49,838 nucleotides of DNA from positions 118,548-168,385 of IMG/VR virus record IMGVR_UViG_3300046477_000062; one strand, 5' to 3'. A program made the position numbers and the translations under genes. The stretch is from a virus. Lineage: Duplodnaviria > Heunggongvirae > Uroviricota > Caudoviricetes. This document shows, piece by piece, positions 1-8,428 of the stretch. Positions within the stretch are counted from its first letter, which is position 1, and every line of letters begins with the position of its first letter. The notes beneath the pieces were generated by a model. That model saw nothing but the letters and a program-made list of their open reading frames with translations, was not told where the DNA came from and did not search any database.

Positions 1-5
1 TTCAC

Positions 6-11
6 TATTTA
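6..11 (-). promoter_or_regulatory. Putative late promoter (TAAATA) firing leftward out of the window
   Basis: + strand tattta at 6-11, i.e. ATAAATAG on the minus strand; same core as the other late promoters here. Confidence 0.45.
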
Positions 12-15
12 TCCC

Positions 16-43
16 TTGACGCGAATTCCCAGACGTGTATAAT
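16..43 (+). promoter_or_regulatory. Sigma70-like early promoter
   Basis: TTGACG (16-21), 16-nt spacer, TATAAT (38-43); CCAGACGTG box abuts the -10. Confidence 0.75.
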
Positions 44-149
44 GTTGGTCACAACTTCAGAATTGAATGCAGGAACCCATGCGCTATTAGACGTAGCGCA
101 CGCTTCATTAAACGGGTAGAATCGGTGCAACAAAAACGGAGAGATGTGA

Positions 150-611
150 ATGACAATCAATGCGCAGATTCAGCCAGATGGCACGCTGACGTTCGAAGAC
201 TATAAGAAGCAGAATCCATCATATTTCCCCGGCGCGACGCGGATGATCCCCACTGCTGGTCCGTGGTCCACTTCGCTGTTCGCCGTGATCGAGCAAGCGG
301 AATCGGAACACCCGAACATGATGGTCTTCCGGGCTAAACGCATCGACACGTTCGATCAGGCCCGAGAAGTCGCGGATTATCTGTGGGAACTGGCTGAAGA
401 AGCTGGCCGTCTACTGGACAAGTATCCACGTATGTCGAACGGTCTGACACCGAATCACATCAAGGGAACGTTCGAATGGCGCGCGGACAAGATGAAGGTT
501 GATGCCGCACTCGAACACAGTCGGACTTTCAACAAGTGGTATGTAAAGTACTACAAGAAAGAGATTTACGCCTACAGAAACGCAGAACGAACTAAAAGGC
601 TACAAAAATGA
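150..611 (+). CDS. Hypothetical early protein (153 aa)
   Basis: ORF with GGAG SD upstream, downstream of early promoter; ATGA overlap with next gene. Confidence 0.8.
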   Translation: MTINAQIQPDGTLTFEDYKKQNPSYFPGATRMIPTAGPWSTSLFAVIEQAESEHPNMMVFRAKRIDTFDQAREVADYLWELAEEAGRLLDKYPRMSNGLTPNHIKGTFEWRADKMKVDAALEHSRTFNKWYVKYYKKEIYAYRNAERTKRLQK

Positions 612-820
612 AATACGAACAACTTGCTACAGACCTGATGTTCGGGAAGGTCGATATCAACGAACTCGGCCCAAAATACGGACTTCAGTTTCGCAAGAAC
701 AAGACCGCCGCCGACATTAAGCACGCCATCAGCAAGGCCATGAAAGCCGGTCGCGCGAAGGTCGAATTCGAACTGAACATGCTGGAACTCTACCTGAAAG
801 ATGTGCTGAAAAAGGCTTGA
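608..820 (+). CDS. Hypothetical protein (70 aa)
   Basis: ATGA-coupled to upstream ORF; phage-like codon usage. Confidence 0.75.
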   Translation: MKYEQLATDLMFGKVDINELGPKYGLQFRKNKTAADIKHAISKAMKAGRAKVEFELNMLELYLKDVLKKA

Positions 821-846
821 CGACGAATTCCCAAGTCTGTTATGAT
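817..846 (+). promoter_or_regulatory. Sigma70-like early promoter
   Basis: TTGACG (817-822), 18-nt spacer containing GAATTCCCAAGTCTG, TATGAT (841-846). Confidence 0.6.
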
Positions 847-878
847 TCTTCCATCGCAACGAACTTGGGGATTCGAAC

Positions 879-1157
879 ATGGACATCAAAGAACTGAAGG
901 CCGCGCTGATCACGAAGGGCTGGACGGAAGATCGTTGGGGCAACCTGAAGCGCGAAGTCGAAACCCCGAACGGCCTGTCGAAGTATCGCGTGAAGGTGCA
1001 GAAGATTTCAGTTCGTCTCGAACGTGAGTACACCGTCGAAGCGATGGCATATGCGCCCGCACACAAGAATTGGGCGCTGATTACAAGTTCTTACCTGAAA
1101 GACATCAAGGTTCGCGAGGATGGTGCTATCATCGTCGGTCGCAAGGTATTGAAGTAA
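879..1157 (+). CDS. Hypothetical protein (92 aa)
   Basis: ORF with GGGGA SD; directly after promoter. Confidence 0.8.
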   Translation: MDIKELKAALITKGWTEDRWGNLKREVETPNGLSKYRVKVQKISVRLEREYTVEAMAYAPAHKNWALITSSYLKDIKVREDGAIIVGRKVLK

Positions 1158-1194
1158 TTCCTTGTGACAATGGGACAACTTCAGGAAAAACAAC

Positions 1195-1569
1195 ATGATT
1201 CATGCTGATCCAAGTGAGTTCATGCCGACCGACACAGACACGTTGCTGGATGTGTATTGCAAGTTTCCGGTGGAGAACATCCAGCGACTATTACATGCGG
1301 TCGAAGAAAGTCTGTGTTTCGAACCCGGCAACCTGATCGATAAACTGCTGGACACGATTGATCGAGCACTTCGAGAAATCAGCGTCACGGTCAAAGAATC
1401 GTGCGTCTATGATGATGTATCGGTTGTCGTTTGTTATGAAGTCCCGACGACGATTGACCAGATCAAACACAGCATTGCGCGAGCGTGCTTCTTCTTCTGG
1501 CAGCACAACATCGTCTTCACCAAAGAAGGCCAAGAAGCGTTGATGGCGGTGCGGGAAAAGAGTCACTAA
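1195..1569 (+). CDS. Hypothetical protein (124 aa)
   Basis: ORF with CAGGA SD, co-oriented with neighbours. Confidence 0.7.
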   Translation: MIHADPSEFMPTDTDTLLDVYCKFPVENIQRLLHAVEESLCFEPGNLIDKLLDTIDRALREISVTVKESCVYDDVSVVVCYEVPTTIDQIKHSIARACFFFWQHNIVFTKEGQEALMAVREKSH

Positions 1570-1592
1570 AAATAAAAACGTGTTTGTCGGTG

Positions 1593-1620
1593 TTGACAAG
1601 TACAGCCAAACCTGTATAAT
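1593..1620 (+). promoter_or_regulatory. Sigma70-like early promoter
   Basis: TTGACA (1593-1598), 16-nt spacer ending CCAAACCTG, TATAAT (1615-1620). Confidence 0.8.
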
Positions 1621-1654
1621 TCTTCACATCGGCAAACACAACGGAGCGCACTAC

Positions 1655-2653
1655 ATGAACAAAATCACCGCTGACCAATTCCCGATCACCTTCGCGGCAA
1701 CTTCCGGCCTCACCAACAACTTCCGCGCAAACGACATCAAGCGTTTCGTCAAGGCTATCCCGGAAATCAACGAAGTCATCGACGCCAACGAAGTCATCGT
1801 GGCGCACGCGAAAGACCTTCGTCGCTACATCAACGACTTCGTGTACGCAGCGTTCGACGCGGTAATCTCGGACAAGTACTGGAAGCTTGGTCGATATGAA
1901 GCCCTCCCGCGAGCCGTACAAGACCTGAACTACGAACTGCCGCGCGAAGCACGCCTCATTGCTTCGTTCGAGAAGAAGCTGAACAAGGTCAAGACCGAAC
2001 ATGCACTGATCGCAGATTGCCGCGCGTTGATCGCAGAACTTCAACCGCTGGCTGACATCGTGGCGTTCTTCAAGACGGTCGAAGTGAAGGCCACGGTCAA
2101 GCGTGCGGCGGTCAAGGCCCAGAAGGAAGAAGAACAGCGCATCTCGAACGATACGGATGTTGTGTATCAGGCAGTTCTCCCGCTGAAGAAGCTGGCGCAA
2201 GACAAGGCTGAAGAACACATCCGCGCACAGATCGAAGTGGCACGTAAGAACATCACAAAGACCAACGACATCGAAGTGCTGGTCCCGGCCCTTGGCGACA
2301 AGCCTTCGGAATACGCGCAACGCCAGTACTTCGAAGCCCGCCAGTTCTACTTCTCGCTGTGCAGTCTGAGCAAGCATCGTTACCTGACGATCAACGAAGA
2401 ACAAGTCCAAGGCGTCATCGACCGGACGATCCGCGACGCTGGCCTTCAGTTCGACGCCTTCGTCTACAAGCTGAACGAGAAGATCAACGATGTTACGCTG
2501 TCGGCTGAACTGTCTGGCGATCCGTGGAACTACTCGACTCTGGTTGTCGAAACGAAGAACAAGGGTCGTCAAGTGTGGACCACGAAAATCATCGTGAACG
2601 TCTCGAAGTACGGTAAGCTGTTCAACCAGTGGCCGACCCGCAAGGTATCGTAA
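1655..2653 (+). CDS. Hypothetical early protein (332 aa)
   Basis: Start re-called to ATG 1655 (GGAG SD, downstream of the promoter that lies inside the longer GTG-start ORF); C-terminal KLFNQWPTR. Confidence 0.85.
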   Translation: MNKITADQFPITFAATSGLTNNFRANDIKRFVKAIPEINEVIDANEVIVAHAKDLRRYINDFVYAAFDAVISDKYWKLGRYEALPRAVQDLNYELPREARLIASFEKKLNKVKTEHALIADCRALIAELQPLADIVAFFKTVEVKATVKRAAVKAQKEEEQRISNDTDVVYQAVLPLKKLAQDKAEEHIRAQIEVARKNITKTNDIEVLVPALGDKPSEYAQRQYFEARQFYFSLCSLSKHRYLTINEEQVQGVIDRTIRDAGLQFDAFVYKLNEKINDVTLSAELSGDPWNYSTLVVETKNKGRQVWTTKIIVNVSKYGKLFNQWPTRKVS

Positions 2654-2673
2654 AAGAAAATCAGGTTTGGGTA

Positions 2674-2702
2674 TTGACGAATGATACTCAAACCTGTATT
2701 AT
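2674..2702 (+). promoter_or_regulatory. Sigma70-like early promoter
   Basis: TTGACG (2674-2679), 17-nt spacer, TATTAT (2697-2702); flanked by inverted CAGGTTTG / CAAACCTG boxes. Confidence 0.75.
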
Positions 2703-2734
2703 TCTCACATCGACAACGAAACGGAGTGAACGAC

Positions 2735-3061
2735 ATGAATATTTTCAAGGTCATCGGATACTGGAAGGAAGAAGACGAATCGCTCTACCGCATGGTTGCG
2801 CATCTTGTCATCGGAACTTCGAGTGCAGACGCACAGAAGCGCCTGATCGAAAACGAGCATCTTGGCGACGGAAACTGCCGCTACTTCATCCAGACGGACG
2901 AATGGATCAGCGAACATCCGTGTGAGACGATCCTGTACTTCACCACGTTCTCAACCGAAGACATCACGGAAACGAAGTTCAAGAAGTGGTATCGCGATAA
3001 CGTCGAAGAATTGCCGGAACATCGTTATGGACCGGCCCCGTTTCGCGAGTTCAAAGCGTGA
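2735..3061 (+). CDS. Hypothetical protein (108 aa)
   Basis: Start re-called to ATG 2735 (GGAG SD) after the promoter. Confidence 0.75.
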   Translation: MNIFKVIGYWKEEDESLYRMVAHLVIGTSSADAQKRLIENEHLGDGNCRYFIQTDEWISEHPCETILYFTTFSTEDITETKFKKWYRDNVEELPEHRYGPAPFREFKA

Positions 3062-3288
3062 AAGCCCAACGGAAAGCCTCGAAACGAGGGACAGAGGCCG
3101 AAGAAGCTTGGTTCTCTGTCCGCGTGGACATCGAACATCTGGCGCTTCTGATCACGACGAACTTTCCGGACGGTTCTACTTCCACGATGTCCCTGAACGC
3201 CAAGGAAGCGGCGCTCCTGAACAAAGAACTGGCATACGGTTCGGCATCACTCGAATCAGTCGTACAGCATCGCAAGAAGCATAAATGA
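3058..3288 (+). CDS. Hypothetical protein (76 aa)
   Basis: GTGA overlap with upstream stop. Confidence 0.65.
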   Translation: MKAQRKASKRGTEAEEAWFSVRVDIEHLALLITTNFPDGSTSTMSLNAKEAALLNKELAYGSASLESVVQHRKKHK

Positions 3289-3311
3289 AAAAGGGGCCAA
3301 TGATGGCCCCT
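3288..3311. terminator. Intrinsic terminator-like hairpin
   Basis: GGGGCCA-ATGA-TGGCCCC stem preceded by an A-tract (U-tract on the minus strand). Confidence 0.6.
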
Positions 3312-3321
3312 GTCTTACTAC

Positions 3322-3474
3322 ATGAGTTACTTCCTCGCTGCACTATCGATCATCGCTCTAGTCGGTGGTCCCGTCCTAATCACGCTGAAGCTGAACAAAG
3401 AGAATGAAATACACCCCAGAACAACTACAAGAGATGGCCGCAGAATTCATGGGCCAACTGACCGGCCACAATGA
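3322..3474 (+). CDS. Possible small membrane protein (50 aa)
   Basis: MSYFLAALSIIALVGGPVLITLKL hydrophobic N-terminus; no clear SD and overlaps the next ORF by 71 nt. Confidence 0.3.
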   Translation: MSYFLAALSIIALVGGPVLITLKLNKENEIHPRTTTRDGRRIHGPTDRPQ

Positions 3475-3601
3475 CGTGCGATGCCATCAACTGGTAGGCG
3501 CGATGTCGCAACAATTGAACATGCATCCCGATCAGGTGGTCACGGGAATTCACATGCTCGCGATGGGGATGCAGTTCGGTGTCAACCGTGCGGCGGCTTA
3601 G
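3404..3601 (+). CDS. Hypothetical protein (65 aa)
   Basis: ORF with AAGAG upstream; converges on gp54. Confidence 0.6.
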   Translation: MKYTPEQLQEMAAEFMGQLTGHNDVRCHQLVGAMSQQLNMHPDQVVTGIHMLAMGMQFGVNRAAA

Positions 3602-4401
3602 GCCACGAAGCTGACCATGTTGCGGAAGCTGGATTCGACGGACGAAACCTTCGAACCGATCTGCGACGACACCGACTTGATGATGTCCCCACCCTGCAAA
3701 ACGTTCGTCTGCTGTTCAACGGAAGCCTGAAGCTTCTTCGATTCAATCTCAATACACGACCACTTCCGGTAAGCGAAGGTCACTGTGACTTTTTGAAAGT
3801 TCTGTGACCCTGCTGAACCCGTCATTGACGAAACGACTTTTGGGTACGCATTTTCCAATGCAACCTGATAGATCGTCCCATCTAGTCTATCCAACTGCGA
3901 AATCACGATGTCGGTTTCGTAGGTGTCCGGGTACGCGACCATCTGCGTATCATTCGAGACAATCGCATCCATCCAATAATCAAACAGCTTCTTCGAGTTC
4001 ATATCGCGATCCATCAAGATCGTCATGGATACGCCTTGGTCGCCGCCGTAATCGATCCCAATCGGCATCGGTTGCGGTGCGCCAAAGGTACGCCGTTCCT
4101 TGGTCTGAAGTATCGCAGAAGGGTAGACGACCGACTCTACGCGCATCGCAGTGGAACGCAAGTACTGGTAGTACTCTGAATCCATCAGGCACGTTGGCGT
4201 ACCGATGTAGACCTCGAACCGGCTTTCCGATGCAAGACCGGTATTGAGAACTTCTTCCTTGAAGTTCTCGAATCCATCTTTGGCGAAGGAAGTTGCGCTC
4301 GATTTCGTCTTGCCGATTCCAAGCGCATCACGCACCACGTCACCGGCTGAATTTACTACGTTGTTGAGGCCATTAATCGGCAGTAGATCAAGAAGTGACA
4401 T
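3598..4401 (-). CDS. gp54: Baseplate tail-tube initiator, T4 gp54-like (tail-tube fold)
   Basis: SRFEVYI...KKLFDYWMDAI...LENAYPKVV...VTVTFAYRKW motifs; synteny with gp2/gp4/gp48. Confidence 0.8.
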   Translation of the reverse strand: MSLLDLLPINGLNNVVNSAGDVVRDALGIGKTKSSATSFAKDGFENFKEEVLNTGLASESRFEVYIGTPTCLMDSEYYQYLRSTAMRVESVVYPSAILQTKERRTFGAPQPMPIGIDYGGDQGVSMTILMDRDMNSKKLFDYWMDAIVSNDTQMVAYPDTYETDIVISQLDRLDGTIYQVALENAYPKVVSSMTGSAGSQNFQKVTVTFAYRKWSCIEIESKKLQASVEQQTNVLQGGDIIKSVSSQIGSKVSSVESSFRNMVSFVA

Positions 4402-4413
4402 GAGGATTCCTTA

Positions 4414-5001
4414 TTAAACTCGTTGCTTGGCGTCGTGCCAGACTCGTTGCTTGCTTGCCTTCTGGAAGTTCTCGACAGGAAGTAGCGCGACCATCGGCCA
4501 TGCTGTCGGATAAACCTGTTGGAACCGTGATTCCATGTGGTCGAAGCGATACATCTTAAACGCGAAGTCTGCACCAAGGTTCTTTGCCCGAGACAGGCGC
4601 ATCAGAATGTCGTAGGACATCTTCAGGCGGGTCGTTGCATCGAACTTGTCATTGTTGGTCAGATCGTACAGCGCGATCAACAACTTCAGGCGAAGCGGCG
4701 GCGGCAAGTAGTGCAGATTGATGCCGTAGAAGTGTTCTGCGTCTTTCTTCTCAACGAAGAAGATCAATGGGAAAGCATCCCAATAGGGAAGTTCATCTTT
4801 CCACTTCGCATCATAGCGGAACATATACATCGAACCGGGTGTCGGGTATGCAGTATTCGCATTTCCCATCAGCACAGACTCTTTGTACTTCGAACGATTC
4901 AGTTTCTTGATTTCAAAGCTGAACCAGTCCAATGATTGGCGAAGGTTCTGCCGCGTTACCTTGAAATTGTCGAAGGGAGAGGGTTGTCGCTTGGATGCCA
5001 T
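4414..5001 (-). CDS. gp2: DNA end protector protein, T4 gp2-like
   Basis: GSMYMFRYDAKWKDELPYWDAFPL...GINLHYLPP motif. Confidence 0.9.
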   Translation of the reverse strand: MASKRQPSPFDNFKVTRQNLRQSLDWFSFEIKKLNRSKYKESVLMGNANTAYPTPGSMYMFRYDAKWKDELPYWDAFPLIFFVEKKDAEHFYGINLHYLPPPLRLKLLIALYDLTNNDKFDATTRLKMSYDILMRLSRAKNLGADFAFKMYRFDHMESRFQQVYPTAWPMVALLPVENFQKASKQRVWHDAKQRV

Positions 5002-5026
5002 GACATTGACAATAAATTGAGTACTA

Positions 5027-5482
5027 CTATTTATTCACCCCGAGATGTTTCTCGGTGAGGACGATGAACTTGTATCCCTTGCGATCACAAAACTTCTTAG
5101 CAGCTTCCCACTTGGCTTGATTGGTCAGCCACATGATCACTTCCTCAACATATTTCTTCGTCTTTCTCTTTGGTTGCTTCGGTTCCTTCGTGTACTTCTC
5201 CGGCTTCACTTCGACAAGGTAGGTGACGACCGTTCCATCAAGATTCCTAATAGTCATTTTGAAGTCAACGAAGTACCGGTGACTCAATCCATCTACAGGG
5301 GATATGTACGGAATGATTGTTTCCTCACTCGACCACGACAGAACATTTGATCGCTGATCACAATAGTTCATGAACTTCAGTTCCCAACTACTGCGATATG
5401 TGATGTTGTGAATGTCGCCTTTGTATTTCAAAGGGTTCCGTGGTTTCCACTTACCCTTGTATGCATTAACCCCATACGCCAT
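5027..5482 (-). CDS. gp4: Head completion protein, T4 gp4-like (TnsA-like PD-(D/E)XK endonuclease fold)
   Basis: YKGKWKPRNPLKYKGD..ITYRSSWE...WSSEE..IPY..HRYFVDF...LVEVKP...NQAKWEAA. Confidence 0.92.
   Translation of the reverse strand: MAYGVNAYKGKWKPRNPLKYKGDIHNITYRSSWELKFMNYCDQRSNVLSWSSEETIIPYISPVDGLSHRYFVDFKMTIRNLDGTVVTYLVEVKPEKYTKEPKQPKRKTKKYVEEVIMWLTNQAKWEAAKKFCDRKGYKFIVLTEKHLGVNK
5028..5033 (-). promoter_or_regulatory. Putative late promoter for gp2/gp54
   Basis: ATAAATAG on minus strand overlapping the gp4 stop codon. Confidence 0.55.
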
Positions 5483-5933
5483 TTATGATCTTCTCCATCC
5501 CGCGATCCATCGCGGCCAATTCTTGTTCTGTGATTTCTCGCGGGAATGGACGACCGTTGATTGCGGACTGATCCTTAATTCTCCTAATCACTGCATCGGT
5601 CATTGGGTATGGGTTCACATTCTTCGACCCCAACGGCCTTCCTCTGCTGATGGTGTTCCCTTTCATCGCCGCCGACAGCTTGCTGCGGCGTTCTGGGTCG
5701 TCCCACTGTTTGTACTTCAATACTTCAGACGAACATCGGTTGCTGCAATACTGCGAATACCCCTGATTCAAGTCCCTGTAGTCGGTAGGGTTTCCGCATG
5801 TTTCGCAACCTCGGCATCCACCAAGGTACTTATCGTAATATTCCTTGGATGACAGTTTGTGGGCCTTCAGGTGTTTCGAAAGAGAATTGAATGACGCAGC
5901 TTCTTTATTGCAAATCTTGCAGTTGTGGGTCAT
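5466..5933 (-). CDS. Multi-zinc-finger putative DNA-binding protein
   Basis: C2H2 pattern CKIC-x12-HLKAH, CRGCETC, YCSNRC, and basic GRPLGSKN; no nuclease motif recognised. Confidence 0.7.
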   Translation of the reverse strand: MTHNCKICNKEAASFNSLSKHLKAHKLSSKEYYDKYLGGCRGCETCGNPTDYRDLNQGYSQYCSNRCSSEVLKYKQWDDPERRSKLSAAMKGNTISRGRPLGSKNVNPYPMTDAVIRRIKDQSAINGRPFPREITEQELAAMDRGMEKIINGVWG

Positions 5934-5973
5934 CGCCTAAATATTAGTTGTATAAAACCAACTATTTAGGCGA
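5933..5973. promoter_or_regulatory. Pair of divergent late promoters forming an imperfect palindrome
   Basis: TAAATA on + at 5938-5943 (gp48) and on - at 5963-5968 (zinc finger/gp4); arms TCGCCTAAATA..GTTG / CAACTATTTAGGCGA. Confidence 0.6.
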
Positions 5974-5977
5974 AGAT

Positions 5978-7192
5978 ATGTCCCTGCTTTCTGGAATCAT
6001 TGATGGTGCAAAGTCGAAGATTGAGTCGGCAGTCACGTCTCACCTTCCGCTTTCCAATCTAAATAAGGCCACAACCAACCTCGGAATAAATAAAACCACT
6101 TTGGCGGAAGGGGGTTCAGATAAATACGCCATCGGAAATTACCAATATCCGCAAGACCTGAGTGTCGCGGCGGATCAGCCGCATTGGGTCACGTTCTACA
6201 TCAACGTGCGCGGTAAATCGAAAATCGCACAGAACAATCCCGATCTGTTGGCGACGGGTCAACCGATTAAGATCGCAGAGAATCGTCTGGACCCGGCTTC
6301 AATGGATAACGCGATCATTGGCACGGCTGCGGTCGGCGGCGCTGTGGCTGCATTGGGGGCCGGTAAGCAGATCATCTCGCTGGCCGGGAAAACTGCGTAT
6401 GCTCGTTCCTTGGGGAAGGGCAGCGGCAAGGTCTTAGCTGGCGCTGATGCGTCTGCGGCGGTTCTGGGGGCATCTGCTATCACGGCGGGCGTTGGAGCCG
6501 CTGTAGGGGGCGCTGCGGCGGCTATGACGGTCAAGCCGGATACAACCTACCGACTGAAGGACGCAATCACCCTGAACGTCTCACAATCGCCTGTGTTCCA
6601 TTCCAGCGCAAACTACGATGTCATGGAGTTCGGCGCACTTGGTGGATTCGCGGCGGGCGGTTCGTCCTACGCCGACACATTGAATGCAAGTCAGCAGAAT
6701 CAGGAAGCATTGCTGGCGGCTGCACGGACAGCACTGAAGGAATCGGGCAAGTTCCTGACTAAATCGGCTGGTGCAATGATTGAGGCCACGACGAAACAAA
6801 CCCTGAACCCGTATCGAGAAGTACTGTTCAAACAGATTAACTTCCGTCAGTTCTCGTTTGATTATCGTTTCTTGCCCCGGTCGCAAACTGAAACTGATAT
6901 GGTGCAACAGATTATCAAGACGTTCCGGTATCACATGCACCCGGAAATGAGTTCGGGCGGTCTGTATTATATTCACCCCTCTGAGTTTAATATCCAGTAT
7001 TACTTCAAGGGTAAAGAAAACTCATACATCAATAAAATCTCGACATGCGTGCTGGTTGATATGGACGTTCAGTATGGCCCATCAGAAAAGTTCTCGACGT
7101 TTGGAGATGGTGCGCCGGTTGAGTACAGTATGCGTCTGGTCTTTCAGGAACTCGAAACTCTTACAAAGGAACGCGTTGACGCGGGTTATTAA
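5978..7192 (+). CDS. gp48: Baseplate tail-tube cap, T4 gp48-like
   Basis: NPYREVLFKQINFRQFSFDYRFLPRSQTE...FRYHMHP...PSEFNI...KISTCVL...LVFQELETLTK; start re-called to ATG 5978. Confidence 0.9.
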   Translation: MSLLSGIIDGAKSKIESAVTSHLPLSNLNKATTNLGINKTTLAEGGSDKYAIGNYQYPQDLSVAADQPHWVTFYINVRGKSKIAQNNPDLLATGQPIKIAENRLDPASMDNAIIGTAAVGGAVAALGAGKQIISLAGKTAYARSLGKGSGKVLAGADASAAVLGASAITAGVGAAVGGAAAAMTVKPDTTYRLKDAITLNVSQSPVFHSSANYDVMEFGALGGFAAGGSSYADTLNASQQNQEALLAAARTALKESGKFLTKSAGAMIEATTKQTLNPYREVLFKQINFRQFSFDYRFLPRSQTETDMVQQIIKTFRYHMHPEMSSGGLYYIHPSEFNIQYYFKGKENSYINKISTCVLVDMDVQYGPSEKFSTFGDGAPVEYSMRLVFQELETLTKERVDAGY

Positions 7193-7711
7193 ATGTCACA
7201 GAATAATTTGTTCAAAGCTAAATACGGTTCTCCGAAGACCCATGAGAAAATGTCCACTCATGAGAATCCGTACATCCGCGCAGAAGTTGCGCGACATGCA
7301 TCACCCGAGATTCGCGATAGACTGTACAAGGATCGTGATGAAGTTGTACGGGCGGCAACGGTCAAGGGCGCACCGAAGGCGCATATTGATCGGGCAATGT
7401 CGGACCCGCATGAAGCAGTCCGACAGCAGGTTGCGATACACGGCCACGACAGTCATCATCAGGTGTTGCAGCATGATCGAAATGACAACGTGCGATACCA
7501 AGTAGCAGCACACTCACAGAACCCGAGCATCCTGCATCGTCTGGCGCATGATGAATCCAATGATGTGGTGCGAAGCGTCATCGACAACAAACACACGCCA
7601 CACGAAACGTTGCGCCATATCGCAGACAACCACACGTCAGAACGGATTCGCGACAAGGCAGACAAAGAACACTACGGACGCACCGAATTGGGCGGCTGGA
7701 TACCGGAATAA
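7193..7711 (+). CDS. His-rich HEAT/LRV-type repeat protein A (172 aa)
   Basis: ~24-aa repeats D-x4-VR-x2-VA; N-terminal FKAKYGSP; starts immediately after the gp48 stop. Confidence 0.8.
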   Translation: MSQNNLFKAKYGSPKTHEKMSTHENPYIRAEVARHASPEIRDRLYKDRDEVVRAATVKGAPKAHIDRAMSDPHEAVRQQVAIHGHDSHHQVLQHDRNDNVRYQVAAHSQNPSILHRLAHDESNDVVRSVIDNKHTPHETLRHIADNHTSERIRDKADKEHYGRTELGGWIPE

Positions 7712-7714
7712 ACG

Positions 7715-8428
7715 ATGAACGCAGAAGACAGAGACGACAATATTTCCAACTTCGGTGTCCGGTTCGGATCACAACGAGTGCATGAGAAGTTGGCAAACCA
7801 CGAAAGCGAATACACGCGCGAAGCACTGGCATCGAATACGGAACACAAGCCGATCCTCGATAAGCTGATGAAGGATAAGCGTCCTTCCGTGCGCAAGGCG
7901 ACGCTTCGGTTTCACAATCACAAAGACCACATCGACGCGGCGGTCCATGACCCCGACTTCTCGGTACGTGGTCTGGTTGCATACAAGGGCCATCATCACG
8001 ATACGCTTGTACATGACCATGATGACTACGTTCGCACAGCGGTTGCATCGGCGGGTTCAAAGCCACATCATGACATCCTGATGCACGACGAAAGCCCGAA
8101 GGTTCGTATGGAAGTCGCACAGCATGGTCATAACGAACATCGCGATAATCTGATGCACGACGAGAACTGGAAGGTACGTGAACGGGTCGCACGGTTCGGC
8201 AATGATAAGCATCGCGACCATCTGGTCCATGATTCGGTCCCGGCAGTACGTGAGGCAGTTGCGGAACATGGTAACGACAGTCATCACCAAGTACTGAAGA
8301 ACGACTTCGATAGCAAGGTTCAATTTGCGACGATCAATAAGACCAAGAACCCGGAAATTTTGGATCACATGTCCAAGCATTCGGCATGGCCGACGAAGGC
8401 GGCGGATAAATTGAAAGGGTTGAGATAA
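7715..8428 (+). CDS. His-rich HEAT/LRV-type repeat protein B (237 aa)
   Basis: Repeats such as LMHDESPKVRMEVAQHGHNEHRDN; N-terminal FGVRFGSQ. Confidence 0.85.
   Translation: MNAEDRDDNISNFGVRFGSQRVHEKLANHESEYTREALASNTEHKPILDKLMKDKRPSVRKATLRFHNHKDHIDAAVHDPDFSVRGLVAYKGHHHDTLVHDHDDYVRTAVASAGSKPHHDILMHDESPKVRMEVAQHGHNEHRDNLMHDENWKVRERVARFGNDKHRDHLVHDSVPAVREAVAEHGNDSHHQVLKNDFDSKVQFATINKTKNPEILDHMSKHSAWPTKAADKLKGLR

Noticed and set aside
44-149. 106-nt leader with GCGCTA/TAGCGC hairpin and mini-ORF ATG CGC TAT TAG
   Set aside because: A single short stem and 3-7 codon ORFs are expected by chance; no attenuator architecture visible.
1517-2572. Long antisense ORFs (e.g. 1517-2572, 9180-9986, 18791-19252, 32769-33401, 38917-39891, 47602-48327)
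   Set aside because: They mirror strongly codon-biased real genes, lack SD or promoter support, and their translations have no recognisable motifs; typical shadow ORFs.
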